Below are positions 25,450 to 39,316 of a DNA stretch of 64,000 nucleotides, in pieces; the stretch's first letter is position 1, and every line of letters begins with the position of its first letter. A model generated the notes under the pieces. It had not been told where the DNA came from and did no database searches. It saw only the letters and a program-made list of their open reading frames with translations. The DNA is taken from positions 3,292,671-3,356,670 of the forward strand of contig BFEA01000003.1 of assembly GCA_003427395.1 (NCBI GenBank), written 5' to 3'. This DNA is from Chara braunii. Its lineage: Eukaryota > Plantae > Charophyceae. The position numbers were made by a program, and so were the translations under genes.

Positions 25450-27300
25450 CCTCCCCCCCCCCCCTGAAAAGGTTGTGAGGGGTGTCGGGTACAGTGCACG
25501 GTGCAGATGTCCGGTCGGGGGCTAGACACACCGTGTTTAGCCCTCCATGTCGGCACAGTGGACCCACCCACAGACAGGGTACACTCAAGGATGAAACGCT
25601 CAACCTCAACCACACACACACACTCGGCCAGGTATCAAGTGAGACCGGTGTTTCTTGATCGCCAACAATTGGGTGCGCAATATCCCAATTTAGGTTTCGG
25701 GGCCCCTCAAGGTGACCTACCAGGAGGTGATCAAGCACTCTGTCGCCTGTCACTGAGGGGGGTGTCGTTGGCCTGCTAGAGGAATAATGAACCCTTCCCC
25801 CCCTGCCTCACTCGTCCCAACCGAGTCCACCCTCTCCCCACCTCCGAGTCATTCCCCCATGACCCCACACAATCCAAGAGGGGGCGCAAGCGATGCTCCC
25901 CAACAACCCACATGGAGCAGCTCTCAATGTGGCAGCCAAAATGGCTGGATCCCACAGTCCCAAGCTGTTTCTTAAGCCACCAGTACCTTTCCCAGTTGAA
26001 ATGGAAGGGCGGCCTCCGATAAATCTAATCGGCGGTCAGTCTTGATTTTCAGGTCGGCATGCAGTGCCCGGGAACGACATATGGGAAATGTACTGGTGGT
26101 TTAAAACCCCTACACGTGGCCGGGTTTCGCATATCAGACCTCTTGCGTTGCCTGGTGTACACACACTCCTGCATTGGTCGATGCCCGCCGGCCGAATGCG
26201 CAGAGCGCAGGTCCAAAGGTTCAATCCTGCGCCCTTATACCACAATTTGTATTTGACATTGATGCTCTACCTATTGGGCTAATATTGCTCATGTGGTATC
26301 CCCTTAGGCATAGGTTGCTTTAGACGAAGACTCATGTTCCCTTAGTTTTCTCAAGTTTCCTTAGTGTTCACTCCTACCATCTTTACAGTCTAGACAACCC
26401 ATAGTTTATGGAGAAATCCAACGAACATTGTAACTTGCGTTTCTCAAGCTTTCATTTTGATGGTGCTCCCCTCTGGCTGGCCGTTGGGGTGGGGGTCATA
26501 CCATTGCTCATTGAGTGGTTTATCATCGGGTCAACAAGGTTCGCTTTATGGATCATTGCATAGTGTGTTCCCAATCCGACGGAGGTGGTTGACCTCTGAG
26601 ATATGATTCAAGCTCAAATGAGTGGAAGGCACACAATTTCTCAAGTCCAACAAATGAACCATTGACTCTCCAAACGCTTAGAAAGAACCATGTTAGTCAA
26701 AAAAGAACAAGGGTTTGCATCGTTGCGATAACAAATCGGCGAAGGACCGACCGATATCTCGCGGGTGACTGAAAGGAGCAGTGCAAAGCGCCTTTGACCG
26801 CCTAAATACTGAGGTATTTGAGGGTTCAAAAAGCTTAGGCAACAGACTAGGGGCTGGTGATGACACCTCAAGGTCGTCCCCCTTTTGAAAAGAAAAAGGG
26901 AAGTACGAGGCATGATCATCACTTTTTGCATAGTATCATATTTGTATCTGACCTGGCAGTTGTCTTCATACGACTGCATCTGACCCTAATCAGCTCTTGT
27001 CCTGGATGGACTTGACTTTAATTATCTCCTGCCTTGGATGCATCCGACCAAAATTACGTCCGGATTCAACTCCAAAACAGTGCCACCAAGGTGTGAGTAT
27101 GCCCTCTGAGGGAAACTTTTCTAGGTTGAAGTACACTCGATCTCTAAAATGCTTTGTTGACCTTGTTGTCATCCATTCATTGAGTCTCTTATGCCATCCA
27201 TATATGCTCAACCTACGAAGGCAGGTCTTACTTATGTGATTTTGTGTTTCTGCTCGTCGATCCTTGTAATGCACAATTTGGATACAGAGGGGACCAAAAC
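25450..27300 (-). pseudogene. Highly degenerate Ty3/gypsy integrase remnant
   Basis: Minus-strand fragments WYDPHPNGQPE (cf. integrase YHPQ.NGQ.E, about 26480-26505) and WHCFGVESGRNFG (cf. zinc-binding H...GGHFG, about 27050-27090). A minus-strand purine tract AGGGGGGGGGGGAGG lies at about 25450-25465. Many stops and frameshifts. Confidence 0.4.
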
Positions 27301-27724
27301 CAAAAATCATTAAGCGAGAGAGCGCGCCCCGGGGCGGGGCACACGACGGGCGTCGATGCGAAATAACATATCTGAGGAAAACCCTCCGATATGTGTGGGC
27401 GTCGTTTGTTTTTATTTACCGACTTGCACCCATGTACGCCCGCCCACACGCACCCACCCACACGCACGCACGCTCGCCCGCCCACCCACTCACCAACCCG
27501 CCCACACCCACCCAGATACCCACACCCATTTATTTTTTTAATCGTCAATTTGACTTTTTTTTTGTCATTGTCTCGATTTTATTCGTTTTCTTCCTCTATT
27601 TTTTTTCTTTTTTTTTATGCCAAAAAAAAAAAAGACATTTAGACAAAAAAGAAGAAGAAAAAAAAAACATATAAACAAAAAATAAATAAAAAATATACGA
27701 CGCATTTTATTTGATTTTTTGTCT

Positions 27725-27908
27725 TTGGTGCATGTGATGAAGCGAGAGCCTCAGTCGGCTCTCTCTCTTTCTCATGCACACACAGACACACATGTTGGTC
27801 CAAAAGGACACACGCGAAGTGCGCCGAAGGGTTGTGGGAGTGGGAGTGTATGCGTCCGGGAGAGAGAGAGAGAGAGAAAGAGAGAGGGAGAGAGAAAGCG
27901 AGCGAGCG

Positions 27909-27940
<32 letters not shown>

Positions 27941-28135
27941 GCCAAGGTTTGTCATCGCTAGTGTCACAAACTTAGACAAGAGTGCGTCCTGGGTAGATAG
28001 TGCGCCTATGTCGAAACAACAAAAAAAAGGATTTTGAAAAAAATAAAAAATAAAAAAAAGTTGCACTGCGTTGACGACTCAAGGTGCATAGGTAAGTTTA
28101 GTCTCTCTCTCTCTCATTGTTTGTCCCTCTCTTTG

Positions 28136-28185
<50 letters not shown>

Positions 28186-30000
28186 ACTCTCTCTCTCTCT
28201 GGTTGTCTTCCCGCCTCTTCCCTCACCCCCCTCGGCTGGCCTCCATGCACCTTCTGCNNNNNNNNNNNNNNNNNNNNNNNNNNNNNNNNNNNNNNNNNNN
28301 NNNNNNNNNNNNNNNNNNNNNNNNNNNNNNNNNNNNNNNNNNNNNNNNNNNNNNNNNNNNNNNNNNNNNNNNNNNNNNNNNNNNNNNNNNNNNNNNNNNN
28401 NNNNNNNNNNNNNNNNNNNNNNNNNNNNNNNNNNNNNNNNNNNNNNNNNNNNNNNNNNNNNNNNNNNNNNNNNNNNNNNNNNNNNNNNNNNNNNNNNNNN
28501 NNNNNNNNNNNNNNNNNNNNNNNNNNNNNNNNNNNNNNNNNNNNNNNNNNNNNNNNNNNNNNNNNNNNNNNNNNNNNNNNNNNNNNNNNNNNNNNNNNNN
28601 NNNNNNNNNNNNNNNNNNNNNNNNNNNNNNNNNNNNNNNNNNNNNNNNNNNNNNNNNNNNNNNNNNNNNNNNNNNNNNNNNNNNNNNNNNNNNNNNNNNN
28701 NNNNNNNNNNNNNNNNNNNNNNNNNNNNNNNNNNNNNNNNNNNNNNNNNNNNNNNNNNNNNNNNNNNNNNNNNNNNNNNNNNNNNNNNNNNNNNNNNNNN
28801 NNNNNNNNNNNNNNNNNNNNNNNNNNNNNNNNNNNNNNNNNNNNNNNNNNNNNNNNNNNNNNNNNNNNNNNNNNNNNNNNNNNNNNNTAAGCTTTGGCCG
28901 TGATTGCAATTGTATACATTCTTGGAAGTGGTGGTGTGAGTGTGCCATTAGTGAGGGCATTTCAGCCCCGTGGCCAGATCGTCAGATTAAAAAAAATGAA
29001 TAGAAGATAAAAAAACGGGCACACGGATCCGATCGTCAAAATATTTGGATACATTCTCCTAAGTGCTAGTGTGATGAACCTTACAATCCTCTGACGAAAC
29101 ACAACTTGAACAAATCACGAACAGCTTGAGCAGATCACGGATTCTGCCCTGCCTCGTTGGTAGGGGACTCATAAGAAACACACGACAAAGAAAAAGAAAA
29201 AAAAAACAGTAACACCAGAATGTGACCGCCTTACCTGTGAGGTGCATTCTGTGGAGGAAGACTGTGAGCACGACCTTCTTGACTACCCTGCTCGACATCA
29301 TTGAGGCCCCGAAAACATTTTCTTTTTTTCATTTTTCTTTCACTCGCGGACACTATAAAAATATGATTTATTGGACATTGCCGACCCTATCTCCCAACCC
29401 GATTTCTTCGGGAACTGGCAAAACCTCGTAATGTCGAAACACTTGCGGAGGTACTAGTAGTGGTTTAAGACAAAAAAAAAAAAAATGGATAAAAAAAAAA
29501 AGATACGCCGATTTCTTTTTTTTCCTTCTCTTTGGTGTATGTGATGAAGCGAGAACCTCAGTCGGCTCTCTCTCTCTCTCATGCATACACAGACACATAA
29601 ACACAAATGAAGTGCGTCGAAGGGTTGTGGGAGTGTATGTGTGTGTCAGGGAGAGAAAGAGGTCAAGGTTCTTCCATCGGTGCACAAACTTAGACAAGCG
29701 TGTGTCCTGTGTAGATGACGCGAGTATGTCGGAACAAAAACAACAAGATTTTGTAAAAAAAAAAACAAAAAAAACGTTGCATAGTGTTGACGACTCAGCA
29801 CGTGTGCAAAGGTAAGTTTATTATTTCCCTCTCTCACTCTCTCCCTGTCTCTCTTTCTCTCTCTTCATCTCTCTTTTTCTTCTCTCTCATTGTTTGTCTC
29901 TCTCTTTGTCTCTGTCTGTCTGTCTATCTATGTCTCTCTCTCTCTGGTTGTATTTTCGCTTCTTCCCCTCCGCAGGCTGGCCTCCATGCACCTTCCACAT
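27725..30000 (+). repeat. Duplicated approximately 500-bp unit (about 27725-28257 and 29531-30000)
   Basis: GTGATGAAGCGAGA.CCTCAGTCGGCTC, CACAAACTTAGACAAG, GTTGACGACTCA..AGGTAAGTTTA and GGCTGGCCTCCATGCACCTT occur in both copies. Confidence 0.85.
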
Positions 30001-30008
30001 TTTGTCAA

Positions 30009-30105
<97 letters not shown>

Positions 30106-30900
30106 TGCTTNNNNNNNNNNNNNNNNNNNNNNNNNNNNNNNNNNNNNNNNNNNNNNNNNNNNNNNNNNNNNNNNNNNNNNNNNNNNNNNNNNNNNNNNNN
30201 NNNNNNNNNNNNNNNNNNNNNNNNNNNNNNNNNNNNNNNNNNNNNNNNNNNNNNNNNNNNNNNNNNNNNNNNNNNNNNNNNNNNNNNNNNNNNNNNNNNN
30301 NNNNNNNNNNNNNNNNNNNNNNNNNNNNNNNNNNNNNNNNNNNNNNNNNNNNNNNNNNNNNNNNNNNNNNNNNNNNNNNNNNNNNNNNNNNNNNNNNNNN
30401 NNNNNNNNNNNNNNNNNNNNNNNNNNNNNNNNNNNNNNNNNNNNNNNNNNNNNNNNNNNNNNNNNNNNNNNNNNNNNNNNNNNNNNNNNNNNNNNNNNNN
30501 NNNNNNNNNNNNNNNNNNNNNNNNNNNNNNNNNNNNNNNNNNNNNNNNNNNNNNNNNNNNNNNNNNNNNNNNNNNNNNNNNNNNNNNNNNNNNNNNNNNN
30601 NNNNNNNNNNNNNNNNNNNNNNNNNNNNNNNNNNNNNNNNNNNNNNNNNNNNNNNNNNNNNNNNNNNNNNNNNNNNNNNNNNNNNNNNNNNNNNNNNNNN
30701 NNNNNNNNNNNNNNNNNNNNNNNNNNNNNNNNNNNNNNNNNNNNNNNNNNNNNNNNNNNNNNNNNNNNNNNNNNNNNNNNNNNNNNNNNNNNNNNNNNNN
30801 NNNNNNNNNNNNNNNNNNNNNNNNNNNNNNNNNNNNNNNNNNNNNNNNNNNNNNNNNNNNNNNNNNNNNNNNNNNNNNNNNNNNNNNNNNNNNNNNNNNN

Positions 30901-30951
<51 letters not shown>

Positions 30952-31417
30952 TGTCAAGTGGACGCGCGACAAAAGTGGCAAGCGGAGGAGGTTAACAACA
31001 CACGTGGCAATCGGATCATGCAACACATGACAAGCGGATCGGGTGACACTTGTCAAGCGGACGACGCGGAGATGCCTTCTAATGGTGAGTTAGCCCACCG
31101 CCACCCTCGCCACCCCCGTCTCCCCCGCCTCATTGAGGCCCATCCATTTGTTCGTCTTCCTCCAGTAACGCTCTGGATCCATCTCCGTCCTGCAACACCA
31201 TCCTCCTCTACACGGTTGCCGTGTGGCAACGGACACTCAAATTTTTTATTTTTATTTTTTTTCCTCTTCGTCTTCTTCTACGTCTTTTGTGGTTCTTCCT
31301 CTTCGATTCATTTTTTTTTTTTTCTTTTATTAATCTTCTTCTTCTTTTTTTATTCTTCTTCTTTTTCTCTTTCCAATTTTTTACTTCTTTGATTTTTTTT
31401 TTTTTTTTTTTTTTTTC

Positions 31418-31452
<35 letters not shown>

Positions 31453-31466
31453 CTTCTTCCTCTTCT

Positions 31467-31498
<32 letters not shown>

Positions 31499-31539
31499 TT
31501 CGTCGTCCTCGTCGTCGTCGTCGTCTTCTCCTTTACACG

Positions 31540-32721
31540 GTGGCCACATGGTAGAGTGTTCGAATGTCCGTCCTTCTTAGCCAACTCGCCCCCCCTGATT
31601 GTCGCCGAACCTTGCTTTGCTACTCTCTCTCTCTCTCTCTCTGCCCTCTATCTTTTCATTTTTTATTCATCAATCAATCAATCAACCGATCAAGATTGAT
31701 TGGATCTTGATTGGTTGATTGATTGATTGCTCGATTGAATCAATCAATCAACTAACCAATCAAAATGAACCGGATGTTGATTGGTTGATGAATGGATCGA
31801 TCAATAAATATCGATCAATCAACCAATGAAGATGAATCGGATCTTGACCAGTTGATGGATTGGTTAAATGAATCAACCAACCAATCAAGACGCTCGTGAA
31901 TCAACCAACCAATCAACGCGTCCGTTGCCTGATTGGTTAGTTGATTGATTGATTCAATCGATCAATCAATCCATCAACCGATCAAAGATTGATCGGATTT
32001 TGATTGATTGATTGATTGATCGATCGATTGGCTCAATCAATCAACGAACCAATCAGGATGGACTGGATCTTGATTGGTTGATGGATTGATTGATCGATGA
32101 AATCAATCAATCAACCAATCAAGATTCGATACGAGATTTGATTGGTCCTTTTCATTTATTCTCCTTGGCGCACATTGATTGATTGATTGATTCGCACGGT
32201 GACGATTTGNNNNNNNNNNNNNNNNNNNNNNNNNNNNNNNNNNNNNNNNNNNNNNNNNNNNNNNNNNNNNNNNNNNNNNNNNNNNNNNNNNNNNNNNNNN
32301 NNNNNNNNNNNNNNNNNNNNNNNNNNNNNNNNNNNNNNNNNNNNNNNNNNNNNNNNNNNNNNNNNNNNNNNNNNNNNNNNNNNNNNNNNNNNNNNNNNNN
32401 NNNNNNNNNNNNNNNNNNNNNNNNNNNNNNNNNNNNNNNNNNNNNNNNNNNNNNNNNNNNNNNNNNNNNNNNNNNNNNNNNNNNNNNNNNNNNNNNNNNN
32501 NNNNNNNNNNNNNNNNNNNNNNNNNNNNNNNNNNNNTGGCCACGTAGAAAAGTGCTCGAATGTCCGTCCTTCTCATCCAACTCGCCTCCCCTGATTATTG
32601 CGGAGCAAGTATCGTCCCCTCCCCGATCTCGGTCGCAACCCCGATGGTGATCCTCCCCTATCGGGCTATGCCTCACGCACAATCAATCAATCAATCAATC
32701 AAACAATCAATCGATCGATAG

Positions 32722-32755
<34 letters not shown>

Positions 32756-33133
32756 GAATCAGTCAATCCAATTTTTTTTTGCTCGTAAATAATAAAAAAA
32801 CGATCAGGGAGCGGTTTCTTTGCCCTTTCAGCCTTACGCGGTCCTTTCCCCGTTGCCCGGATACCAACCTCGACCCTCCTGCCCTGAGTCTTCATGCCCG
32901 CATCTTCGTTCGATCCGCGATTCCGATCGAGATCCCGATTGTCACGGATTATGCTATGAGTGACACCCAACCCATGTTTAATTGATTGATTGATTTTTTT
33001 TTTGAAAAAGATAACAGCTCTCCTTTGCCTGTTCCGCCGTGCGCTCTCCTTCCCCGTTGCCCCGACACTGACCCTGAGTGTGCCGCTGAGACTCTCCACT
33101 CCCGCACCTTCGTATGCTCCCTGATCGGCGACC
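31540..33133. repeat. (ATCA)n/(TGAT)n-rich complex repeat, left part; continues at 39839-40660
   Basis: Alternating CAAT/ATTG arrays forming local palindromes, with repeated GC-rich modules (TCGAATGTCCGTCCTTCT; CCCCGTTGCCC...CGCACCTTCGT). Confidence 0.85.
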
Positions 33134-33138
33134 TCACC

Positions 33139-33525
33139 TGTTATGGACCCAGCCAGGGGCGTTACCACCCGCCAGGCTGCTATTCTATTTTTTTTTGAGT
33201 CTCTGATCTCCAGTTCCTGACTGTTGGTGGCGCCCAGGCTCAGACCTTCGATGTTCAGTTCAGCCCTTAGGCAAATTGCACTTTTGCCCTCGGACTCAAC
33301 TTGAGTCCGGTACTTACGGTTCGGCCTCAGTGCTTGTGCTTGAGTGTGACTTGCTGCGACAGTGTGTACGGAACCAAGATTGCGACTTCGGGACTTCGCG
33401 ACTTCGCCACCCCGCGTCTGCGTCCGTCGAGTCGTGTCGAGTCCGTGTCGAGTTGACTGAGTGTGTGTGTGCTCCCACTACCTCCCTCTCCCCCGACCTC
33501 GCTGCTCTGCCTCAGCCCTGTCACA
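33139..33525 (+). repeat. 5' LTR (387 bp)
   Basis: TGTTATGGACCCAGCCAG...CCCTGTCACA; homologous to 39317-39833 but shorter by internal indels. Confidence 0.92.
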
Positions 33526-33526
33526 C

Positions 33527-33538
33527 TGGTATGGGAGC
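33527..33538 (+). promoter_or_regulatory. Primer binding site, initiator tRNA-Met type (diverged)
   Basis: TGGTATGGGAGC lies one base after the LTR; the canonical plant Met-i PBS is TGGTATCAGAGC. Confidence 0.8.
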
Positions 33539-35321
33539 GGCTTCGGCCCTCCCTCCGGCCCTGATTCAGTGTCGTGGCCGTCGACCTCGTCCCCGTCGCT
33601 GCCACGTCATCATCGTCGCCGTCATTTGCCACGTCATCAACATCGTCGTTACCTCGTCGCCATCGTTGCTGCCACGTCATCGTCAGCACTCCCTCGTACC
33701 CGCTGCCACGTCATCGTTACCACTGCCGCTGCCATCGACGACGCGCAGGTAAGCCCCCGGCAAACTTTTTCTTTTCTTTTCTTTTTCTTTTTCTCCCCCT
33801 CATATGTTCTTCCTCCTTATCATCGTCGTCGTCATCGTTTCTTCTTCCTATTCTCCTTCTTCCTCTTCTTTATCCCTCCCCATTCTTCTTCTTCTCCTCC
33901 TTCTTCTCCCTCCAATTGTTCTCCTTCCCCCCACCGATTCTCTTCGACCCCCCGCGACTCCCCTGCCTACCCGCGACCTCCCGCTCTTCGCTCTTTTCGC
34001 CCCCGATCCTATTCCCCCCCCCCGACGCCCTCATCACCATCGGGGTTCCCCCCTCCACGCNNNNNNNNNNNNNNNNNNNNNNNNNNNNNNNNNNNNNNNN
34101 NNNNNNNNNNNNNNNNNNNNNNNNNNNNNNNNNNNNNNNNNNNNNNNNNNNNNNNNNNNNNNNNNNNNNNNNNNNNNNNNNNNNNNNNNNNNNNNNNNNN
34201 NNNNNNNNNNNNNNNNNNNNNNNNNNNNNNNNNNNNNNNNNNNNNNNNNNNNNNNNNNNNNNNNNNNNNNNNNNNNNNNNNNNNNNNNNNNNNNNNNNNN
34301 NNNNNNNNNNNNNNNNNNNNNNNNNNNNNNNNNNNNNNNNNNNNNNNNNNNNNNNNNNNNNNNNNNNNNNNNNNNNNNNNNNNNNNNNNNNNNNNNNNNN
34401 NNNNNNNNNNNNNNNNNNNNNNNNNNNNNNNNNNNNNNNNNNNNNNNNNNNNNNNNNNNNNNNNNNNNNNNNNNNNNNNNNNNNNNNNNNNNNNNNNNNN
34501 NNNNNNNNNNNNNNNNNNNNNNNNNNNNNNNNNNNNNNNNNNNNNNNNNNNNNNNNNNNNNNNNNNNNNNNNNNNNNNNNNNNNNNNNNNNNNNNNNNNN
34601 NNNNNNNNNNNNNNNNNNNNNNNNNNNNNNNNNNNNNNNNNNNNNNNNNNNNNNNNNNNNNNNNNNNNNNNNNNNNNNNNNNNNNNNNNNNNNNNNNNNN
34701 NNNNNNNNNNNNNNNNNNNNNNNNNNNNNNNNNNNNNNNNNNNNNNNNNNNNNNNNNNNNNNNNNNNNNNNNNNNNNNNNNNNNNNNNNNNNNNNNNNNN
34801 NNNNNNNNNNNNNNNNNNNNNNNNNNNNNNNNNNNNNNNNNNNNNNNNNNNNNNNNNNNNNNNNNNNNNNNNNNNNNNNNNNNNNNNNNNNNNNNNNNNN
34901 NNNNNNNNNNNNNNNNNNNNNNNNNNNNNNNNNNNNNNNNNNNNNNNNNNNNNNNNNNNNNNNNNNNNNNNNNNNNNNNNNNNNNNNNNNNNNNNNNNNN
35001 NNNNNNNNNNNNNNNNNNNNNNNNNNNNNNNNCCAAAATTAATTTCGAATAAAATTAAACTCGAATCGGAATTTATTTTTCTTCGAAATTAATTATCTCC
35101 TTTTTTTCAGCAAAAGTTTCTGGCAAATTTCGTTTTGCAAGTTTTCCTCCTCCAGATTCTTCTTGAATTTCTTCCCAAGGCCTATTCTTGAAGTAACCTC
35201 GAATAACATTAATTAATTTGAATCGGAATTAATCCACTTTAATTTTGCAAAATTTATTATTTATTTTTTGTAAATGATCTTCTTTTGATGCTCTTGTAAA
35301 TAGGACCCCACCCCCCCCGTC

Positions 35322-36958
35322 ATGCCACGCTCAACCAGGAACTCTCAACGCGCAGCCGTCGAAGCCGCCACTGCTGCCGCCGCCTCCACCTCATCTGCTG
35401 CTAACTCCTCAGCCGCCGCTACCACCGCTTCCTCCCCCACCATGGCCCAATCATCCAGCATTGATATGTCCGGCATCCGCACTGACTCCGTCAACAGCAT
35501 CGCCCGCAACCTCGCAGGCAAGCAAACAGCAGCACCCGTGCCGTCGACCTCGCGACTCTCTTTTCCGCATGATGACATCTCTCCAGTCATCCATGGACGA
35601 CATCAAAACATCTGTTTCCACCATCTCTGCTCGTGTGACCACCATTGAAAGTCACAACCCCGCCATCCAGGTCGTCACAACCACATCCCCCCCCCCCACA
35701 CCTCGTGTGCCACCACCCTTCCCCCATCCTCCGCCTCCACATCTACACCAATTACCCCGTCCCCCACGTCCATCCCCCTCTCCGCTAGCACGCCATCCAC
35801 ACCTCCGCCTTCATCCACCACTACCTCCACCTTGGTCACCAAGACGACAACCCCCATCGTCACGCAGTCATCAACCATTCCCTCCCAGTCAAAACCCCTC
35901 AGGACTTCATTCATTATCACTTCCACCCACACCCAGATCACCCCCACACCTCAAGCCTTGCTCCCCATTATCCCAATACCTCCTCCGTCCACACTCCTCC
36001 CAGCCAATCCCACTACTGACTTCACCCGGGTACCGTCCTCCTCACCCAAGCTTGATTTCAACACCCTCGCCACCACAACACCCTTAACGGGTAACATTCC
36101 CCCCTTCACCGGCCTTCCCCACGAGGACGTCTTCGTCTTTCTCAGCAAACTATACGATGCCTTCTCCCTCCACGTCCCTGTCACACACTGGCTCCCTATT
36201 GCCAGCACCAGGCTACAAAAAGGCGCCGCTCATTGGTGGTACACCGAACGAGCTAACCGCCAACACGCAAACAAGGAACCCCATTCCTTCCTTCAATGGG
36301 CCAATCTCATCACCTGCACATTCTGACCACAAAAGACGGTCGATGACTACTTTGAGCAACTCTGTCGTCTTCGACAGAACGGCCTGACCGACCGCTTTGT
36401 CCAATACGTCCGTGCGTTGCGGCAACACATCCCCCTTGACTACGTCAGCGATGCGGCATTGATCTCCCACTTGAAACAGGGATGCCACAAGGACCTAGCC
36501 GCCTCCCTCGTCCACGACCCCCCAATGTCCCTCTCCGATCTCCTCAACCGAGCCATTCACCTAGACAAATTCCTCACCCCGTACAAGGAGGCACTCATAT
36601 CCGCCCCACCCCACTCACGATTCTTTCATAACATCGCCGACGGAACCTCTCTCTCTGCCTCCTCGGACGAGTTCTTTGCCCCCGACCCGGACATCCTCTC
36701 CGACCCACTAAACACCACATCACTCTCCTCTGACGAACTCTCCGCCATTCACCCCATGCGAATGGAAAAGAGAGAATGCTCCAGCCATCCTCCCATGAAC
36801 ACCCACCCAACCCGTTTCATGAAACTCACGCTGGAGGAGCGAACCTACCTCTAAGCAAAGGGTGGTTGAAACTCACGCTGGAGGAGCGAACCTACCTCTA
36901 AGCAAAGGGTGGTTGTTTTCGGTGCTGACAGTTAGGACATTTACAGACCAACTGTCCA
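35322..36958 (+). pseudogene. gag: gag, disrupted by frameshifts and stops
   Basis: ATG at 35322; capsid-like IPPFTG...VFVFLSKL...LQKGAAHWW; zinc knuckle CFRC*QLGHLQTNC at 36914-36955. Confidence 0.85.
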
Positions 36959-37289
36959 AATGTCGGACAATTCATACGTCAGGCATCTAGGTCCGCGACC
37001 CCCCAACCCGCTACTTTCGCATCCGCCACCCTCGACCCCTCCTCCACTTGAACACTGCCATGGTCACCACGCACCCACCTTGATATCGACGCCTAGTCCA
37101 TGGCCTACAATCATTGTCGATCTCCACTCCACCGGTGACCCATTTGGCATCGACAATACGTCTGCCTCCCCCCTCTTCGGTGCCGCACATCCCACCGAAT
37201 GACCCCTAGGCGTCGCAACCCTCGTAGCCTGATGCCCCCCTCATCGCTACATGTTCCGCAACCCTCCTTCCAAGTCCATCCTCTGTCAC

Positions 37290-38330
37290 CCTCTCATCTA
37301 TGTCATTGTTTGCCACCTGACTAAACGCGCCCAATTTATCCCTTGCACCACATCGCACAACGCCAAGGACGTCGCCATTCTCTTCTTCGATCATGTCGCA
37401 CGCCATCACGGTCTCCCCGAGAACATCATTAACGACTGTGACCCTCACTTCCTTTCACAATTCTGGAAGCACCTCTTTAAAGCCTACGGAACCACACTAA
37501 AGTATAGCACTGCATTCCACCCACAGACCGATGGACAAACCGAGAAGATGAACGATACTCTCAAAAAAATCCTGAGGAAGTATTGTCATCCACATCAACA
37601 CGATTGGGATCAGTTCACCGCCGCCGAGATCGCCTACAACAATGCTGTCTGTTCTTCTACTGGCATGGCTCCATTCTACCTCGACCTTGGCTATCATCCG
37701 CGTTTGCCCTCCGACTTCCTGCTCCCCTCGCAACTCAACCCCTCCACCCCCTGCCCTTCTCTCAATGAATGGGTAGCAACAATGAACAGACTCCTTAGAG
37801 AAGCTACCGAAGCCCTTGAACGAACACAAGAACAACAAGCCAACAAGACGAACAAACACAGACGAGACGTAACATTCAAAGTAGGGGACAAAGTCTGGCT
37901 CTCCGCCAAACGCTTTGAACCCGAACACAACTTGTCCAAAAAACTCTCGAACAAGTGGCTCGGACCCTTCCCCATCATTGAACAAACCTCCCACGTCAAT
38001 TACAAGCTCCAACTCTCTCCTGCCATGAGTTGTGTCCACCCTGTCTTCCACGTAGAATACCTAAAAGAATACCATGAATTCCCACCCAATTCGCTGACCG
38101 CCCATATCTTAGACCTCCACCGATCATGCTTCCCACTGACCCATAATTCGTAGTAGAATCCATCATAGGCCGATGAACCACACAAGTATTAGACCATCCG
38201 GAACCAATCCTAGACCACATAATACAAAGTTAAATGGACTGGATACCTTGACGAAGAATCCACATGGGAACCTCTTGCTAACCTTAAGAATGCTATGAAA
38301 CTTGTTCATGCGTATGATCGTGCTCACCCT
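37290..38330 (+). pseudogene. Integrase core/C-terminus with chromodomain (N-terminally truncated, frameshifted)
   Basis: HGLPENIINDCDPHFLSQFW, STAFHPQTDGQTEKMN, FKVGDKVWL, KWLGPF and HPVFHVEYLK, then in a shifted frame YKVKWTGYLDEESTWEPLANLKNA (chromodomain). Confidence 0.92.
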
Positions 38331-39301
38331 ATATCCTACGTACATAATATAACTTAAACCTTAAACCCTTGCATAAACCCCGCCTATGCCTCTCCAAAAC
38401 CCCGCATTCCTGCTTTACACACACCCCTGTACCCAGCGAAGCCCTTGCCTCTTGAACCTCCCCCTATCTGATCCGCTCTTGCCTCCGCCTTGCCCCGTTC
38501 TCCCATTTGTCCTTTGCCACACCCCTGTCTTTCTTGTCCAAGTTCTTTATGTGGCCCCTGCGCGTCGCCGGCGATAATGGATCTGATGGCAAGCGCACGA
38601 GGACGATGGCATGCTGCAGCTCAGTACGAGGAAATAAGACAGCTGGTTGGCCACCATGCTGTTCCCTTTGGGCTGCACCTTGGACTCGCAGACTTCTAGA
38701 GCAGCACCTTTGACATGGACATCAAGATCAGTCTGCGGCCTGCTATCCGGATCAGACCTCGTCATCAGATCGTGTACCGGACTCAACTTGCTACTGCGAC
38801 GATCAAGCTGAAGTCCTCGCCGTCTGCATCACGGAACTGCTGAAGACAGTTTCCTCATCGCCACTTCTGTGACACCCTCCAAGACCTTCCTCAAGACATT
38901 TCTTCGCTTTTGACACTTTGTTACAGACCTGAGATGTTGTTATCCCAGACCCCTCAGACAACCCAACACTTGAGCATTGAACAAACAATTTTATTTTTAT
39001 TTTTATTTCTTTCTCAAACCTTACAACCTACAACCTTGTAGAACACCAATAAGACCTCCTTGTTACTTGTAGAACCTCAGTAAGATTACCCTGTTACTTG
39101 AGCATTGATTCCCTCATCCCTTTAGAACCTCAATAGGATTACCCTGTTACTTGAATATTGATTCCTTCATCCCTGTAGAACTCCCATAGGATTACCCTGC
39201 TACTTCCATTACTCCCCCTTTCCTTTTGTGACCAGTGATCGGCCCCGTCCCGTCCTTCACAGTTGTTCATTGGGTCTTTGGCAACCGGGACGTTGCCTTC
39301 C

Positions 39302-39316
39302 AAAGGGAGGGGATAG
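39302..39316 (+). promoter_or_regulatory. Polypurine tract
   Basis: AAAGGGAGGGGATAG immediately precedes the 3' LTR. Confidence 0.85.

Noticed and set aside
28098-35092. Long X-containing ORFs
   Set aside because: Artefacts of reading through assembly gaps and (GA)n tracts.
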